Origin: Mobula hypostoma
Taxonomy: Eukaryota
Length of the DNA stretch: 64,000 bases
Assembly (NCBI RefSeq): GCF_963921235.1
Contig: NC_086108.1
Span: 2,170,001 to 2,234,000 of the forward strand
Direction: 5' to 3'
A program made the position numbers and the translations under genes. Below, piece after piece: positions 51,835 through 64,000 of this stretch. The notes beneath the pieces are model-generated. The model did not search any database, was not told the DNA's origin, and saw only the letters and a list, made by a program, of their open reading frames with translations. Numbering within the stretch: the stretch's first letter is position 1; the number at the start of each line of letters is the position of its first letter.

Positions 51835-52116
51835 TTGTAAACCTTTCCCTTCCTCTATCTGTCCAAATTTCCTTTAAGCATTGTCATTGTGTCTGCATCA
51901 TACACTGCCCCGAGCAGCTTGTTCTGTCCCTCAGGTTCCTATATAACCTCTCTCCCCTCATCTTCAACCTATGCCCTCCAGTTACTGATTCTCAAACCTG
52001 GGAAAAAGGACTGAGAGCCCCTCACGATCTGGCAAGGGACCCAGACAGGCCCTCTTCTCATTGCTACCATCAGGAGCTTGAAGGCGCCCACTCAGTGATT
52101 CAGGAACAGCTTCCTT

Positions 52117-52506
52117 GGGTGGTCGGGTGGAGTTACGCCTCCACCAAAGGAGGTGTAAGGAACTCCACTCCTCCGCTAGCCTGCAGGTCACCTTCGGGCA
52201 AGGTGTAGCACCTGCTCAGCCCCCACCTCGCTGATCAGGGTCAGGTGAAGCCACGGGATCAGGTGGTGGATGGTCGTACGAGCAACCGGTGCAGATCACA
52301 AGTCCTGGTTGTGTGACCACTGACACCAGGCAGACAATCTCTGAAGAGTATTGATAATGACTGGGGTCACCCATCTTGTAAAGGTACTGCCCAGAAAAAG
52401 GCAATGGAAACCAGTTCTGTAGAAAAATTTGCCAAGAACAATCATGGGCATGGAAAGACCATGGTCACCCATGTTATACAACATGGCACATAATGAACAG
52501 ATGATA
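52117..52506 (+). mobile_element. RTE-derived (Bov-A-like) non-autonomous retroposon
   Basis: AAGGCAATGGAAACCAGTTCTGTAGAAAAATTTGCCAAGAACAATCATGG resembles the RTE/BovB-derived segment found in Bov-A-type SINEs. Confidence 0.6.
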
Positions 52507-52511
52507 TCACT

Positions 52512-52683
52512 TATTGTAATTTATAGCGTATCTTATATATTATACTGTACTCCTGCCTATTGTAATCTATAGCATATCTTACATATTATGCTGTACCACT
52601 GCCTATTGTAATCTATAGCATATCTTATATATTATACTGTACCACTGCTCATTGTAATTTATATATTATACTGTACTACTGCT
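52512..52683 (+). repeat. 46-bp AT-rich tandem repeat, ~4 copies, within a LINE 3' UTR
   Basis: Unit TATTGTAAT(C/T)TATAGC(A/G)TATCTTATATATTATACTGTAC(T/C)(A/C)CTGCC. Confidence 0.85.
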
Positions 52684-52754
52684 GCCAAACAGAAAATTTC
52701 ATGACATGTCACTGATAACAAACCTGATTGTGATTCATTTCTTCACTGGAAGGA

Positions 52755-53244
52755 CATGGTTTAAGATGGTGTCGATGATGCCCAGTGACTGCTAATCGGC
52801 AGCAAACAAAACAAAGAAAACAATTGATATTTTATTAATGACACTTTTTCTGGTAAAATTTATGGTAACCGATCACTGCAAACATGAAGTATCGAGGGTT
52901 GAAGTGAGTGGAGGCTAGGCTGGGTCAGGGGTGGAAGCAGGTGGTGCGAGGTGAAGTCGAGGCAGGTGGAGGTGAGGAAGAGTCAAGGTCCATTCACCTG
53001 AACGGAGAGCGAGGTTCGATCGATCCGAGTGCCAGGTCGATATGAAAAGGCCTGGTACTGGCTGGGTGGGATGTGGTGACGGGGTCTAGACCCAGGGCGT
53101 GTCGAAGTGACAGGGCCCAGGTTAGAGCGAGGGATGACCTGATGTTTAGATAATTTAAACGCTGAGCCATATTGGAAAAGCAGGGTGTTGAGACCAGAAG
53201 CGAGGGTCGGGCTGCTCTATGACAATTGCTGCTCCCCACTGAGC

Positions 53245-53289
<45 letters not shown>

Positions 53290-53927
53290 GGGTGAGGGTG
53301 AGGGTGAGGGTGAGGGTGAGTGTGAGGGTGAGGGTGAGGGTGAGGGTGTGGGTGAGGGTGAGGGTGAGGGTGAGTGTGAGTGTGAGGGTGAGGGTGAGTG
53401 TGAGTGTGAGGGTGAGGGTGAGGGTGAGTGTGAGGGTGAGGGTGTGGGTGAGGGTGAGGGTGAGGGTGAGGGTGTGGGTGAGGGTGAGGGTGAGGGTGTG
53501 GGTGAGTGTGAGGGTGAGTGTGAGTGTGAGGGTGAGGGTGAGGGTGGGGGTGAGGGTGAGTGTGAGGGTGAGGGTGTGGGTGAGGGTGAGGGTGAGGGTG
53601 TGGGTGAGGGTGAGGGTGAGTGTGGGGGTGAGGGTGAGGGTGAGGGTGAGGGTGTGGGTGAGTGTGAGGGTGAGGGTGAGTGTGAGGGTGAGGGTGAGGG
53701 TGTGGGTGAGTGTGAGGGTGAGGGTGAGGGTGAGGGTGAGTGTGAGGGTGAGGGTGAGTGTGAGGGTGAGGGTGAGGGTGAGGGTGTGGGTGAGTGTGAG
53801 GGTGAGTGTGAGTGTGAGGGTGAGGGTGAGGGTGGGGGTGAGGGTGAGTGTGAGGGTGAGGGTGGGGGTGAGGGTGTGGGTGAGGGTGAGGGTGAGGGTG
53901 TGGGTGAGGGTGAGGGTGAGTGTGGGG

Positions 53928-53961
<34 letters not shown>

Positions 53962-53987
53962 GGGTGAGTGTGAGGGTGAGGGTGAGT

Positions 53988-54026
<39 letters not shown>

Positions 54027-54143
54027 AGTGTGAGGGTGAGGGTGAGTGTGAGGGTGAGTGTGAGGGTGAGAGTGAGTGTGAGGGTGAGGGTGAGGGTGAG
54101 GGTGGGGGTGAGTGTGAGGGTGAGGGTGAGGGTGTGGGTGAGT

Positions 54144-54195
<52 letters not shown>

Positions 54196-54329
54196 GGGTG
54201 AGTGTGAGGGTGAGTGTGAGTGTGAGGGTGAGGGTGAGGGTGGGGGTGAGGGTGAGTGTGAGGGTGAGGGTGGGGGTGAGGGTGTGGGTGAGGGTGAGGG
54301 TGAGGGTGTGGGTGAGGGTGAGTGTGGGG

Positions 54330-54363
<34 letters not shown>

Positions 54364-54690
54364 GGGTGAGTGTGAGGGTGAGGGTGAGTGTGAGGGTGAG
54401 GGTGAGGGTGAGGGTGAGTGTGAGGGTGAGGGTGAGGGTGAGGGTGAGTGTGAGGGTGAGTGTGAGGGTGAGAGTGTGCCCTGCTTCGGCTTCGTGCCTG
54501 AGGGCTTACTTTTGTTCTGAATGCTACTTGCTTACTTTTATTGTTGGCACGAGTTTTGTTTTTTTCTGTCTACACATTGGGTGTTTGAGGGTCTTTTTAA
54601 TGGGTTCCATTGGGTTTCCTGTAAGGAGACGAATCTCAAGGCTGTCTAAAGTATTTATACTTCTATAACAAGTGTACTTTGAACTTTGAA
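52755..54690 (+). mobile_element. Non-coding LINE-derived element hosting the TGAGGG array
   Basis: Begins near AAGATGGTGTCG and ends with a (TTTGAAC)n tail at about 54675-54690. Confidence 0.5.
53245..54474 (+). repeat. (TGAGGG)n hexamer array, 205 units, with TGTGGG/TGAGTG/TGGGGG variants
   Basis: 1230 bp in unbroken 6-bp register. Confidence 0.97.
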
Positions 54691-55249
54691 AGGAGGCATT
54701 GCAGCCAAATTGTACTGGCTGTCCTCAGAGAAAATAAATTCACACTGACTTTCTACCTTTTAGAGTTCCTCCAATCCATCAATAAACTGTCATTAATCTC
54801 ATTCTCAAGATAATGTTTACATCAGCAAATTTTCACATCACTTTTATTCTGAGTTGGCAGAGGATTTTTGCACACATAACAATGTAAAGTTACTGTACTT
54901 GTGAATATCTGCAGTTTCTATGCCATGCATTTGATGTGTTTAAAAGAGTTAACATCCTGAGCCATTGTTGCTTGTTGAAGTACAAGTTTTCTATAATGGA
55001 TCTTTTTGTTTGTAGAACAGTGTTAAAACACAGTGCTGGCGTGACACAGTTAGTCTCTCTCCGCAATGTCCACTAAGTGCTTTTCAATCGCAGATTCACT
55101 GAGGGTCCTGTAAGGGTGAAACACAGAAGAGTTTCATGGTTAGGCTGGCAGCTGGAATGAATGCAGTAAGGGTCCAACCTACCAAAAAAATCCCCCTCTT
55201 GTCCAGGCTCTTCACCACCTCCTTCTCCTCACAGGAGGACAGCAGTTGG

Positions 55250-57530
55250 AATGATCTGCTGAAGTTGTACAAGACATTAGTGAAGCCAGATTTGCAGTTC
55301 TGGTCACCTACTTCTAGGAAAGATATCAATACGTTTGGAAGAGTGCAGAGAAAATTTACAAGGATGTTGCTTGAGAACCTGAGTTTTAGGGAAAGATTGA
55401 ATAGGTTAGGTCTGTATCACCAGAACATCGGAGAATGAGAGGAGACTCGATAGAGGTATCAGGTTTAATGTCGTGAAATTTGTTAACTTACTGGCAACAG
55501 TGTATTGCAATATGTGGTAAAAATAGACAAAAAAACTGCATTACGGTAAGTATATACATGTATATTAAATAGTTAAATTAAGTAGTGCAAAAACATAAAT
55601 TAAAAAAAGTAGTGAGGTAGTGTTCATGGGTCAATGTCCATTCAGAAATGGGGTGGCAGAGGGGAAGAAGCTGTTCCTGAAACGTTCAGTGTGTGTCTTC
55701 AGGCTCCTGTACCTCCTCCCTGATGGTAACAGTGAGAAGAGGGCGTTTCCTGGGTGATGGGGTCCTTAATGATTTATTACACCTTTTTGAGGCATTGCTC
55801 CTTGAAGATGTCCTGGATACTATAGAGGCCAGTTGCCCATGATGGAACTGACTAATTACAAAATTATGAAGGGTATAGTTAGGGTTAATGCAAGCAGACT
55901 TTCTCCTCTGAGGTTGTGTGAGACAAGACCTGGGGATCTGAGGTGAAAGGTGAAGTACTTAAAGGAAAAGTGAGGGGAAACTTCATTCAGAGGACGAGTG
56001 AGGCCAGTCTCGAATGAACTCAGTGGAAAGTAGTGGATGCAGGATCATTTGTAAATGTTAAGATAAATGTGATAATTACATTGTTGGGAAGGGTATGGTC
56101 CAGCTGCAGGTTTCTGTGCTGTAACACTTATAGAATATAGAACATAGAAGAGTACAGCACAGGAACAGGCCATTCGGCCCACAATGTTGTACTGAACTGG
56201 CTAAAAAGCAAATCAAAAACACCCAAACACATAGAAACATAGAAAACCTACAACACAATACAGGCCTTTCAGCCCAGAATGCTGTGTTGAATATGTACTT
56301 ACTTTAGAAATGACCTTGTCTTACCTATAGCCCTCTATTTTTCTAAGCCCCATGTACCTATCCAGGAGCCTCTTAAAAGACCCTATCGTATCCGCCTCCA
56401 CCACTGTCGCCGGCAGCCCATTCCACGCACTCACCACCCTCTGTGTAAAAAACTTACCCCTGACATCTCCTCTGTACCTGCTTCCAAACACCTTAAAACT
56501 GTGCCCTCTTGTGGCAGCCATTTCAGCCCTGGGAAAAAGCCTCTGACTATCCACACGATCAATGCCTCTCATTATCTTATACACCTCTATCAGGTCACCT
56601 CTCATCCTCCGTCGCTCCAAGGAGAAAAGGCTGAGTTCACTCAACCTATTCTCGTAAGGCATGCTCCCCAATCCAGGCAACATCCTTGTAAATCTCCTCT
56701 GCATCCTTCCTGTAGTGGGATGACCAGAACTGAGCACAGTACTCCAAGTGGGGTCTGACCAGGGTCCCATATAGCTTCAACATTACTTTCGGCTCCTAAA
56801 CTCAATTCCACCATTGATGAAAGCCAATGCACTGTATGCCTTCTTAACCACGGAGTCAACCTGCGCAGCAGCCTTGAGCGTCCTATGGACTCAGACCCCA
56901 AGATCCCTCTGATCCTCCACACTGTCAAGAGTCCTGCCATTAATACTATATTCTTCTATCACATTTCACCTACCTAACACTATCCCTCCTCCCTACATCA
57001 TGTCCACATCCCTCTATCTTCCTCACATCCACGTGCCTATCCAAATGTATCTTAAAAGCCTCTAATCTACTTGCCTCTACCACCAGACCAGGCAGCGCAT
57101 TCCAGGCATCTATCACTATCTGAGTAAAAAAACTTACCCCTCACATCCCCTTTGTACCTACCCCCTCTCACCTTCAATGCATGCCCTCTGGTATTAGACA
57201 TTTCTACCCTGGGAAACAGATACTCTCTGTCCACTCGATCTCTGCTTCTCATAATCTTGTAAACCTCTGTCAGATCTCCCCTCAGCCTCCGACTCTCCAG
57301 AAAAAACAACCCTAGTTTATACAGCCTCTCGTGATAGCACACGCTCTCTAAACCAGACAGCATCCTGGTAAACCTCTTCTGCACCCTCTCCAAAGCCTCA
57401 ACGTCCTTCTTAGAGTGGGGTGATCAGAACTGTGTGCAATACTCCAGATGTGGCCTAACCAGAGTTTTATAAAGTTGTAGCATTAGCTCTTGACTTTTGA
57501 ACTCCATGCCTCAACTTAAAAAAAGCAAGA
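55250..57530. mobile_element. Stack of CR1 3' fragments (plus 55250-56130; minus 56130-57530 with nested copy 56229-56975)
   Basis: ORFs 55136, 56321 and 57067 carry the motifs RRFTRML and RGDLIEVYKIM. Confidence 0.8.
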
Positions 57531-59227
57531 TAAAACTCAATCAGTCTGTGACTCTGATAGGTTACAGGAAAGTGAGTGGGCTGATGGGATTGCTCTGTGA
57601 GCCAGCATTGACCTGATGGGCTGAGTGGCCTCCTATCCTGTACGGATTAAAGAGTGGGTTAGGAAATATTGAACTGCTGACACCTCTCACAGGTGTTCCC
57701 TCAGACATGCTGATGGTTACGCATGAATGTGGAGCTGCAATCCAAGTTGTTAATGAAACAATCGATCAGCTAGTTGCAGAAGCCTAGACCGACGGCAAGA
57801 ATGTTCACAACAAATAAAATTTAATAAAAAAGAATGTTCACAACAAAGTCGTTGTGCTTGTGGTGGTTAATCTAACACAGAGAAACCTATTTGCCAGCGG
57901 CAGGATGTCTTTCAGAATGCACTGTCATTAAATGTCAGAAGTATTATATTCTGCCTTAAGCAGGGAGTGGCGGCCCAATTCTTCCTGATTGCTGTCACGG
58001 AAAATCCACCCACACATGTCGTGTTCAAGCACCCAGCCTGTGCTGAGGAAACTTCGATTTTCAGGGAAAACACAGGATCCGGGGAATCAGACCCCACATG
58101 AACTCTGAACTCTGGATTTGGCTTATTCTTGCCATGTGTATGGAGATAGAGTGAAAAGCTTGTCTTGAGTATTGTTCGTACAGATCAATTCATTACACAG
58201 TGCATTGAGGTAGAACAGTAACAGAACGCGGAAAGGTGTAACCGTTACAGTGTTTTCTCAGTCAGATTTCTGAATGGACACTGCCTCGCGATTCTGGTTT
58301 TCTGTCTTTTTGCACTGCTCATTTCACTTGTACAGTTGTACTGATCTAACTGGCTGCGTTACTGTCTGGTACGGCAGGGGGTGGCGGGGGAGAGGGGGCT
58401 ACTGCACCGGATCGAAGTAAGCTGCAAGAAGTTGTAGACTTAGTCAGCTCCATCAATGACACCATCCTCCATAGTACCCAGGGCCTCTTTGAGGAACAGT
58501 GCCTCAAAAAGGCGACATTCGTCATTAAAGCCCCCCGCCATCTTCCAGGGCATGCCCCTTTTCTCACTGATACTGTCAGGAAGGAGGTACAGGAGCCTGA
58601 AGACACACACTCAGTGATTCAGGAACAGCTTCTCCCCCTCTGCCATCTGATTTCTGAAGGGACATGAACACTACCTCTCTACTTTTTCATTTCCATTTTT
58701 GCACTATTATTGAACCATTTATTAATAATGTAAGCATCTACACACACTTACTGTAATTCACAGTTTGTTCTCTATTATTGTGTATTGCTCTGTAATGCTG
58801 CCTCAAAGACAACATATTTCACAACATATGCCCGGTTCTGATTCTTTTTGCTACCTCGATCTGGAATGATCGGTCTGGGTGACACACAAACATGTTTTTA
58901 TCTTGGCACATGTGACAATATTAGATCACTGAAAGGAACAGGCAAAAGACTTTCCATCGTCTCACTGAATGCTGGAACAAGTTTGAGAGGCCTAATCCTG
59001 CTCTTCGTTTGTGCTTACTGTCTTGTTAAGTGTTAGGGGACAGGTAATCATGGCTGATAAAGGAATTACAACAGGCACAGAAGATGTCATGGTCAACCAC
59101 TGCAGCCACAGACGACCCCATTTGTGACACTCGTTTGTACCCCTGGGCCCAGATTTCTGAAGTTGAGAGAGTGGAACTGTCCCAGTGGGATTGATTTTCC
59201 ACTTTAAAAACTTGCCCACACAGGTTT

Positions 59228-59866
59228 CAATAGACAATAGACAATAGACAATAGGTGCAGGAGTAGGCCATTCGGCCCTTCGAGCCAGCACTGCCATTCA
59301 CTGTGATCATGGCTGATCATCCACAATCAGTATCCAGTTCCTGCCTTATCCCCATGACCTTTGATTCCGCTATCTTTAAGAGCTCTATCCATCTCTTTTT
59401 TGAAAGCATCCAGAGACTTGGCCTCCACAGCCTTCTGGGGCAGAGAATTCCATATATCCACCACTCTCTGGGTGAAAAAAATTTTTCCTCAACTCCGTTC
59501 TAAATGGCCTACCCCTAATTCTTAAACTGTAGCCTCTGGTTCTGGACTCACCCATCAGCGGGAACATGCTTCCTGCCTGCAGCGTGTCCAATCCCTTAAT
59601 AATCTTATATGTTTCAATCAGATCCCCTCTCATCCTTCTAAATTCCAGTGTATAAAAGCCCAGTCGCCCCAATCTTCCAACATATGACATTCCTGCCATC
59701 CCTGGAATTAACCCAGTGAACCTACGCTGCACTCCCTCCATAGCAAGGAGGTCTTTCTTCAAATTTGGAGACCAAAACTGCACACAATACTCCGGGTGTG
59801 GTCTCACCAGGGCCCTGTACAACTGCAGAAGGACCTCTTTTCTCTTATACTCAATTCCCCTTGTTA
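59228..59866 (-). mobile_element. 5'-truncated CR1 with (ATTGTCT)n tail, same family as 17200-18167
   Basis: ORF 59385-59822 and the (CAATAGA)n tail on the plus strand. Confidence 0.88.
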
Positions 59867-60118
59867 TTTCCTGTCATCACCGGACACAACAGACAAACAC
59901 CACTACATTGAAACATCGTAATATACAGTGAAATGTATCGTTTTTGCCTCAATGACCAATACAGTCCGAGGGGCAGCCCACAAACGTTGTCACACCTCTG
60001 CGCCAACATAGTGTTTCCACAATTCACTAACTCTAACTATTACGTCTTTGGACTGTGCGAGGGAACCAGAACATGTGGGGAAAGCACGCGGTCACGGGGT
60101 GAACGTACAAACTTCTAT
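59867..60118 (-). mobile_element. V-SINE-like element 3' part; source of the minisatellite unit
   Basis: GTCTTTGGACTGTGCGAGGGAACCAGAACATGTGGGGAAAGCACGCGGTCACGGGGTGAACGTACAAACTTCT is homologous to 10258-10332. Confidence 0.7.
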
Positions 60119-61193
60119 AAACGGGAATAAACGGGACCTTTTCAGAATGGCAGGCGGTGACTAGTGGGGTACCGCAAGGCTCAGTGCTGGGACCCCAGTT
60201 GTTTACAATATATATTAATGACTTGGATGAGGGAATTAAATGCAGCATCTCCAAGTTTGCGGATGACTCGAAGCTGGGTGGCAGTGTTAGCTGTGAGGAG
60301 GATGCTAAGAGGATGCAGGGTGACTTGGATAGGTTGTGTGAGTGGGCAAATTCATGGCAGATGCAATTTAATGTGGATAAATGTGAAGTTATCCACTTTG
60401 GTGGCAAAAATAGGAAAACAGATTATTATCTGAATGGTGGCCGATTAGGAAAAGGGGAGGTGCAACGAGACCTGGGTGTCATTATACACCAGTCATTGAA
60501 AGTGGGCATGCAGGTACAGCAGGCGGTGAAAAAGGCAAATGGTATGCTGGCATTTATAGCGAGAGGATTCGAGTACAGGAGCAGGGAGGTACTACTGCAG
60601 TTGTACAAGGCCTTGGTGAGACCACACCTGGAGTATTGTGTGCAGTTTTGGTCCCCTAATCTGAGGAAAGACATCTTTGCCATAGAGGGAGTACAAAGAA
60701 GGTTCACCAGATTGATTCCTGGGATGGCAGGACTTTCATATGAAGAAAGACTGGATGAACTGGGCTTGTACTCGTTGGAATTTAGAAGATTGAGGGGGGA
60801 TCTGATTGAAACGTATAAGATCCTAAAGGGATTGGACAGGCTAGATGCAGGAAGATTGTTCCCGATGTTGGGGAAGTCCAGAACGAGGGGCCACAGTTTG
60901 AGGATAGAGGGGAAGCCTTTTAGGACCGAGATTAGGAAAAACTTCTTCACACAGAGAGTGGTGAATCTGTGGAATTCTCTGCCACAGGAAACTGTTGAGG
61001 CCAGTTCATTGGCTATGTTTAAGAGGAAGTTAGATATGGCCCTTGTGGCTACAGGGGTCAGGGGGTATGGAGGGAAGGCTGGGGCGGGGTTCTGAGTTGG
61101 ATGATCAGCCATGATCATAATAAATGGCGGTGCAGGCTTGAAGGGCCGAATGGCCTACTCCTGCACCTATTTTCCATGTTTCTATGTTTCTAT
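60119..61193 (+). mobile_element. Young 5'-truncated CR1 with intact C-terminal ORF
   Basis: ORF 60157-61095 (312 aa). TTCTAT at 60113-60118 and 61188-61193. Confidence 0.93.
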
Positions 61194-63048
61194 CAGAACA
61201 TGTGGGGGAGACCACGCAGTCACAGGGTGAACGCACAAACTACTTACAGAACATGTGGGGGAGGTCACGCAGTCACAGGGTGAATGTACAAACTTCTTTC
61301 AGAAGATGGGGAAAGCACGCGGTCATGGGGTGAACGTACAAACTTCTTACAGAACATGTGGGGGAGACCACACGGTCACGGGGTGAACGTACAAACTTCT
61401 TACAGAACATGTGGGGGAGACCACACGGTCACGGGGTGAACGTACAAACTTCTTTCAGAACATGGGGAGACCATGCGGTCACGGGGTGAATGTACAAACT
61501 TCTTACAGAACATGGGGAAAGCACGCGGTCACGGGGTGAATGTACAAACTTCTTTCAGAACATGGGGAAAGCACGTGGTCATGGGGTGAACGTACAAACT
61601 TCTTTCAGAAGATCGGGAAAGCACGCGGTCACGGGGTGAACGTAAAAACTTCTTTCAGAACATGGGGAAAGCACGCGGTCACGGGGTGAACGTACAAACT
61701 TCTTACAGAACATGGGGAAAGCACGCGGTCACGGGGTGAACGTACAAACTTCTTACAGAACATGTGGGGGAGACCACGCGGTCACAGGGTGAACGTACAA
61801 ACTTCTTACAGAACATGTGGGGGAGACCACACGGTCACGGGGTGAACGTACAAACTTCTTTCAGAACATGGGGAGACCATGCGGTCACGGGGTGAATGTA
61901 CAAACTTCTTACAGAACATGGGGAAAGCACGCGGTCACGGGGTGAATGTACAAACTTCTTTCAGAACATGGGGAAAGCACGCGGTCATGGGGTGAACGTA
62001 CAAACTTCTTTCAGAAGATCGGGAAAGCATGCGGTCACGGGGTGAACACACAAACTTCTTACAGAACATGTGGGGGAGACCACGCGGTCACGGGGTGAAC
62101 GTACAAACTTCTTACAGAACATGTGGGGGAGACCACACGGTCACGGGGTGAACGTACATACTTCTTACAGAACATGGGGAAAGCACGCGGTCACGGGGTG
62201 AACGTAAAAACTTCTTACAGAACATGTGGGGGAGACCACGCGGTCACGGGGTGAATGTACAAACTTCTTTCAGAAGATGGGGAAAGCACGCGGTCACGGG
62301 GTGAACGTAAAAACTTCTTACTTAACATGTGGGGGAGACCACGCGGTCACGGGGTGAACGTACAAACTTCTTACAGAACATGTGGGGGAGACCACACGGT
62401 CACAGGGTGAACGTACAAACTTCTTACAGATTATGTTGGGGAGACCACGCGGTCACGGGGTGAACGTACAAACTTCTTACAGAACATGGGGAAAGCACGC
62501 GGTCACGGGGTGAACGTACAAACTTCTTACAGAACATGTGGGGGAGACCACGCGGTCACGGGGTGAACGTACAAACTTCTTTCAGAACGTGTGGGGGAGA
62601 CCACGCGGTCACGGGGTGAATGTACAAACTTCTTTCAGAACATGGGGAAAGCACGCGGTCACGGGGTGAACGTACAAACTTCTTACAGAACATGTGGGGG
62701 AGACCACGCAGTCACGGGGTGAACGTACAAACTTCTTTCAGAACATGTGGGGGAGACCACACGGTCACAGGGTGAACGTACAAACTTCTTTCAGAAGATG
62801 GGGAAAGCATGCGGTCACGGGGTGAACGTACAAACTTCTTTCAGAACATGTGGGGGAGACCACGCGGTCACGGGGTGAAGGTAAAAACTTCTTACAGAAC
62901 ATGTGGGGGAGACCACACGGTCACGGGGTGAATGTACAAACTTCTTACAAAACATAGGGAAAGTACGCGGTCACAGGGTGAACGTACAAACTTCTTTCAG
63001 AACATGTGGGGGAGACCACGCGGTCACGGGGTGAAGGTAAAAACTTCT
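61194..63048 (+). repeat. Minisatellite, ~36 units of 50/53 bp
   Basis: Unit CAGAACATG(TGGGGGAGAC/GGGAAAG)CACGCGGTCACGGGGTGAACGTACAAACTTCTT(A/T). Confidence 0.96.
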
Positions 63049-64000
63049 GTACAACTGCAGAAGGACCTCTTTTCTCTTATACTCAATTCCCCTTGTTATT
63101 TCCTGTCATCACCGGACACAACAGACAAACACCACTACATTGAAACATCGTAATATACAGTGAAATGTATCGTTTTTGCCTCAATGACCAATACAGTCCG
63201 AGGGGCAGCCCACAAACGTTGTCACACCTCTGCGCCAACATAGTGTTTCCACAATTCACTAACTCTAACTATTACGTCTTTGGACTGTGCGAGGGAACCA
63301 GAACATGTGGGGAAAGCACGCGGTCACGGGGTGAACGTACAAACTTCTATAAACGGGAATAAACGGGACCTTTTCAGAATGGCAGGCGGTGACTAGTGGG
63401 GTACCGCAAGGCTCAGTGCTGGGACCCCAGTTGTTTACAATATATATTAATGACTTGGATGAGGGAATTAAATGCAGCATCTCCAAGTTTGCGGATGACA
63501 CGAAGCTGGGTGGCAGTGTTAGCAGTGAGGAGGATGCTAAGAGGATGCAGGGTGACTTGGATAGGTTGGGTGAGTGGGCAAATTCATGGCAGATGCAATT
63601 TAATGTGGATAAATGTGAAGTTATCCACTTTGGTGGCAAAAATAGGAAAACAGATTATTATCTGAATGGTGGCCGATTAGGAAAAGGGGAGGTGCAACGA
63701 GACCTGGGTGTCATTATACACCAGTCATTGAAAGTGGGCATGCAGGTACAGCAGGCGGTGAAAAAGGCAAATGGTATGCTGGCATTTATAGCGAGAGGAT
63801 TCGAGTACAGGAGCAGGGAGGTACTACTGCAGTTGTACAAGGCCTTGGTGAGACCACACCTGGAGTATTGTGTGCAGTTTTGGTCCCCTAATCTGAGGAA
63901 AGACATCTTTGCCATAGAGGGAGTACAAAGAAGGTTCACCAGATTGATTCCTGGGATGGCAGGACTTTCATATGAAGAAAGACTGGATGAACTGGGCTTG
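63047..64000 (+). repeat. Direct duplication of 59815-60768 (CR1 remnant + SINE + young CR1), runs off the window end
   Basis: Offset of 3232 bp. ORFs at 59933 and 63165 are identical. Confidence 0.95.

Noticed and set aside
53226..54668. 480-aa (RV)n and 410-aa (GE)n ORFs
   Set aside because: These are stop-free frames of a hexamer repeat, with no ATG start or other sign of coding.
61194..63048. CRISPR-like array
   Set aside because: Units are head-to-tail with no unique spacers, there are no cas genes, and the context is eukaryotic.

Overview
Eukaryotic (vertebrate) DNA that is mostly transposable-element debris. The CR1-dominated landscape with V-SINE/HE1-like, Rex1/Babar, Penelope and L1/Tx1 elements suggests a cartilaginous fish, probably a ray (inference). 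There are no prokaryotic genes, CRISPR arrays or intact host genes. Main elements: a near full-length CR1 LINE with an esterase ORF1 (1129-5320); a full-length L1 with a 14-bp TSD whose RT core is replaced by a nested Penelope plus CR1 (31663-38570); Penelope-like elements with TSDs, inverted termini and minimal hammerhead ribozymes; a Chapaev3-like transposon; Tc1 and hAT elements; and several SINE types. Tandem structures: a 205-unit TGAGGG telomere-variant array, and a SINE-derived 50/53-bp minisatellite inside a recent 3232-bp-period direct duplication. The only host-gene signal is a disabled COL16A1-like (FACIT collagen) terminal exon on the minus strand (38878-39077), which the ORF track misses. 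I found no clear new multi-gene system. The best leads are the collagen relic, the ribozymes and several unusual retroposition junctions. All identities and family names come from reading by eye and recall, not from database searches.
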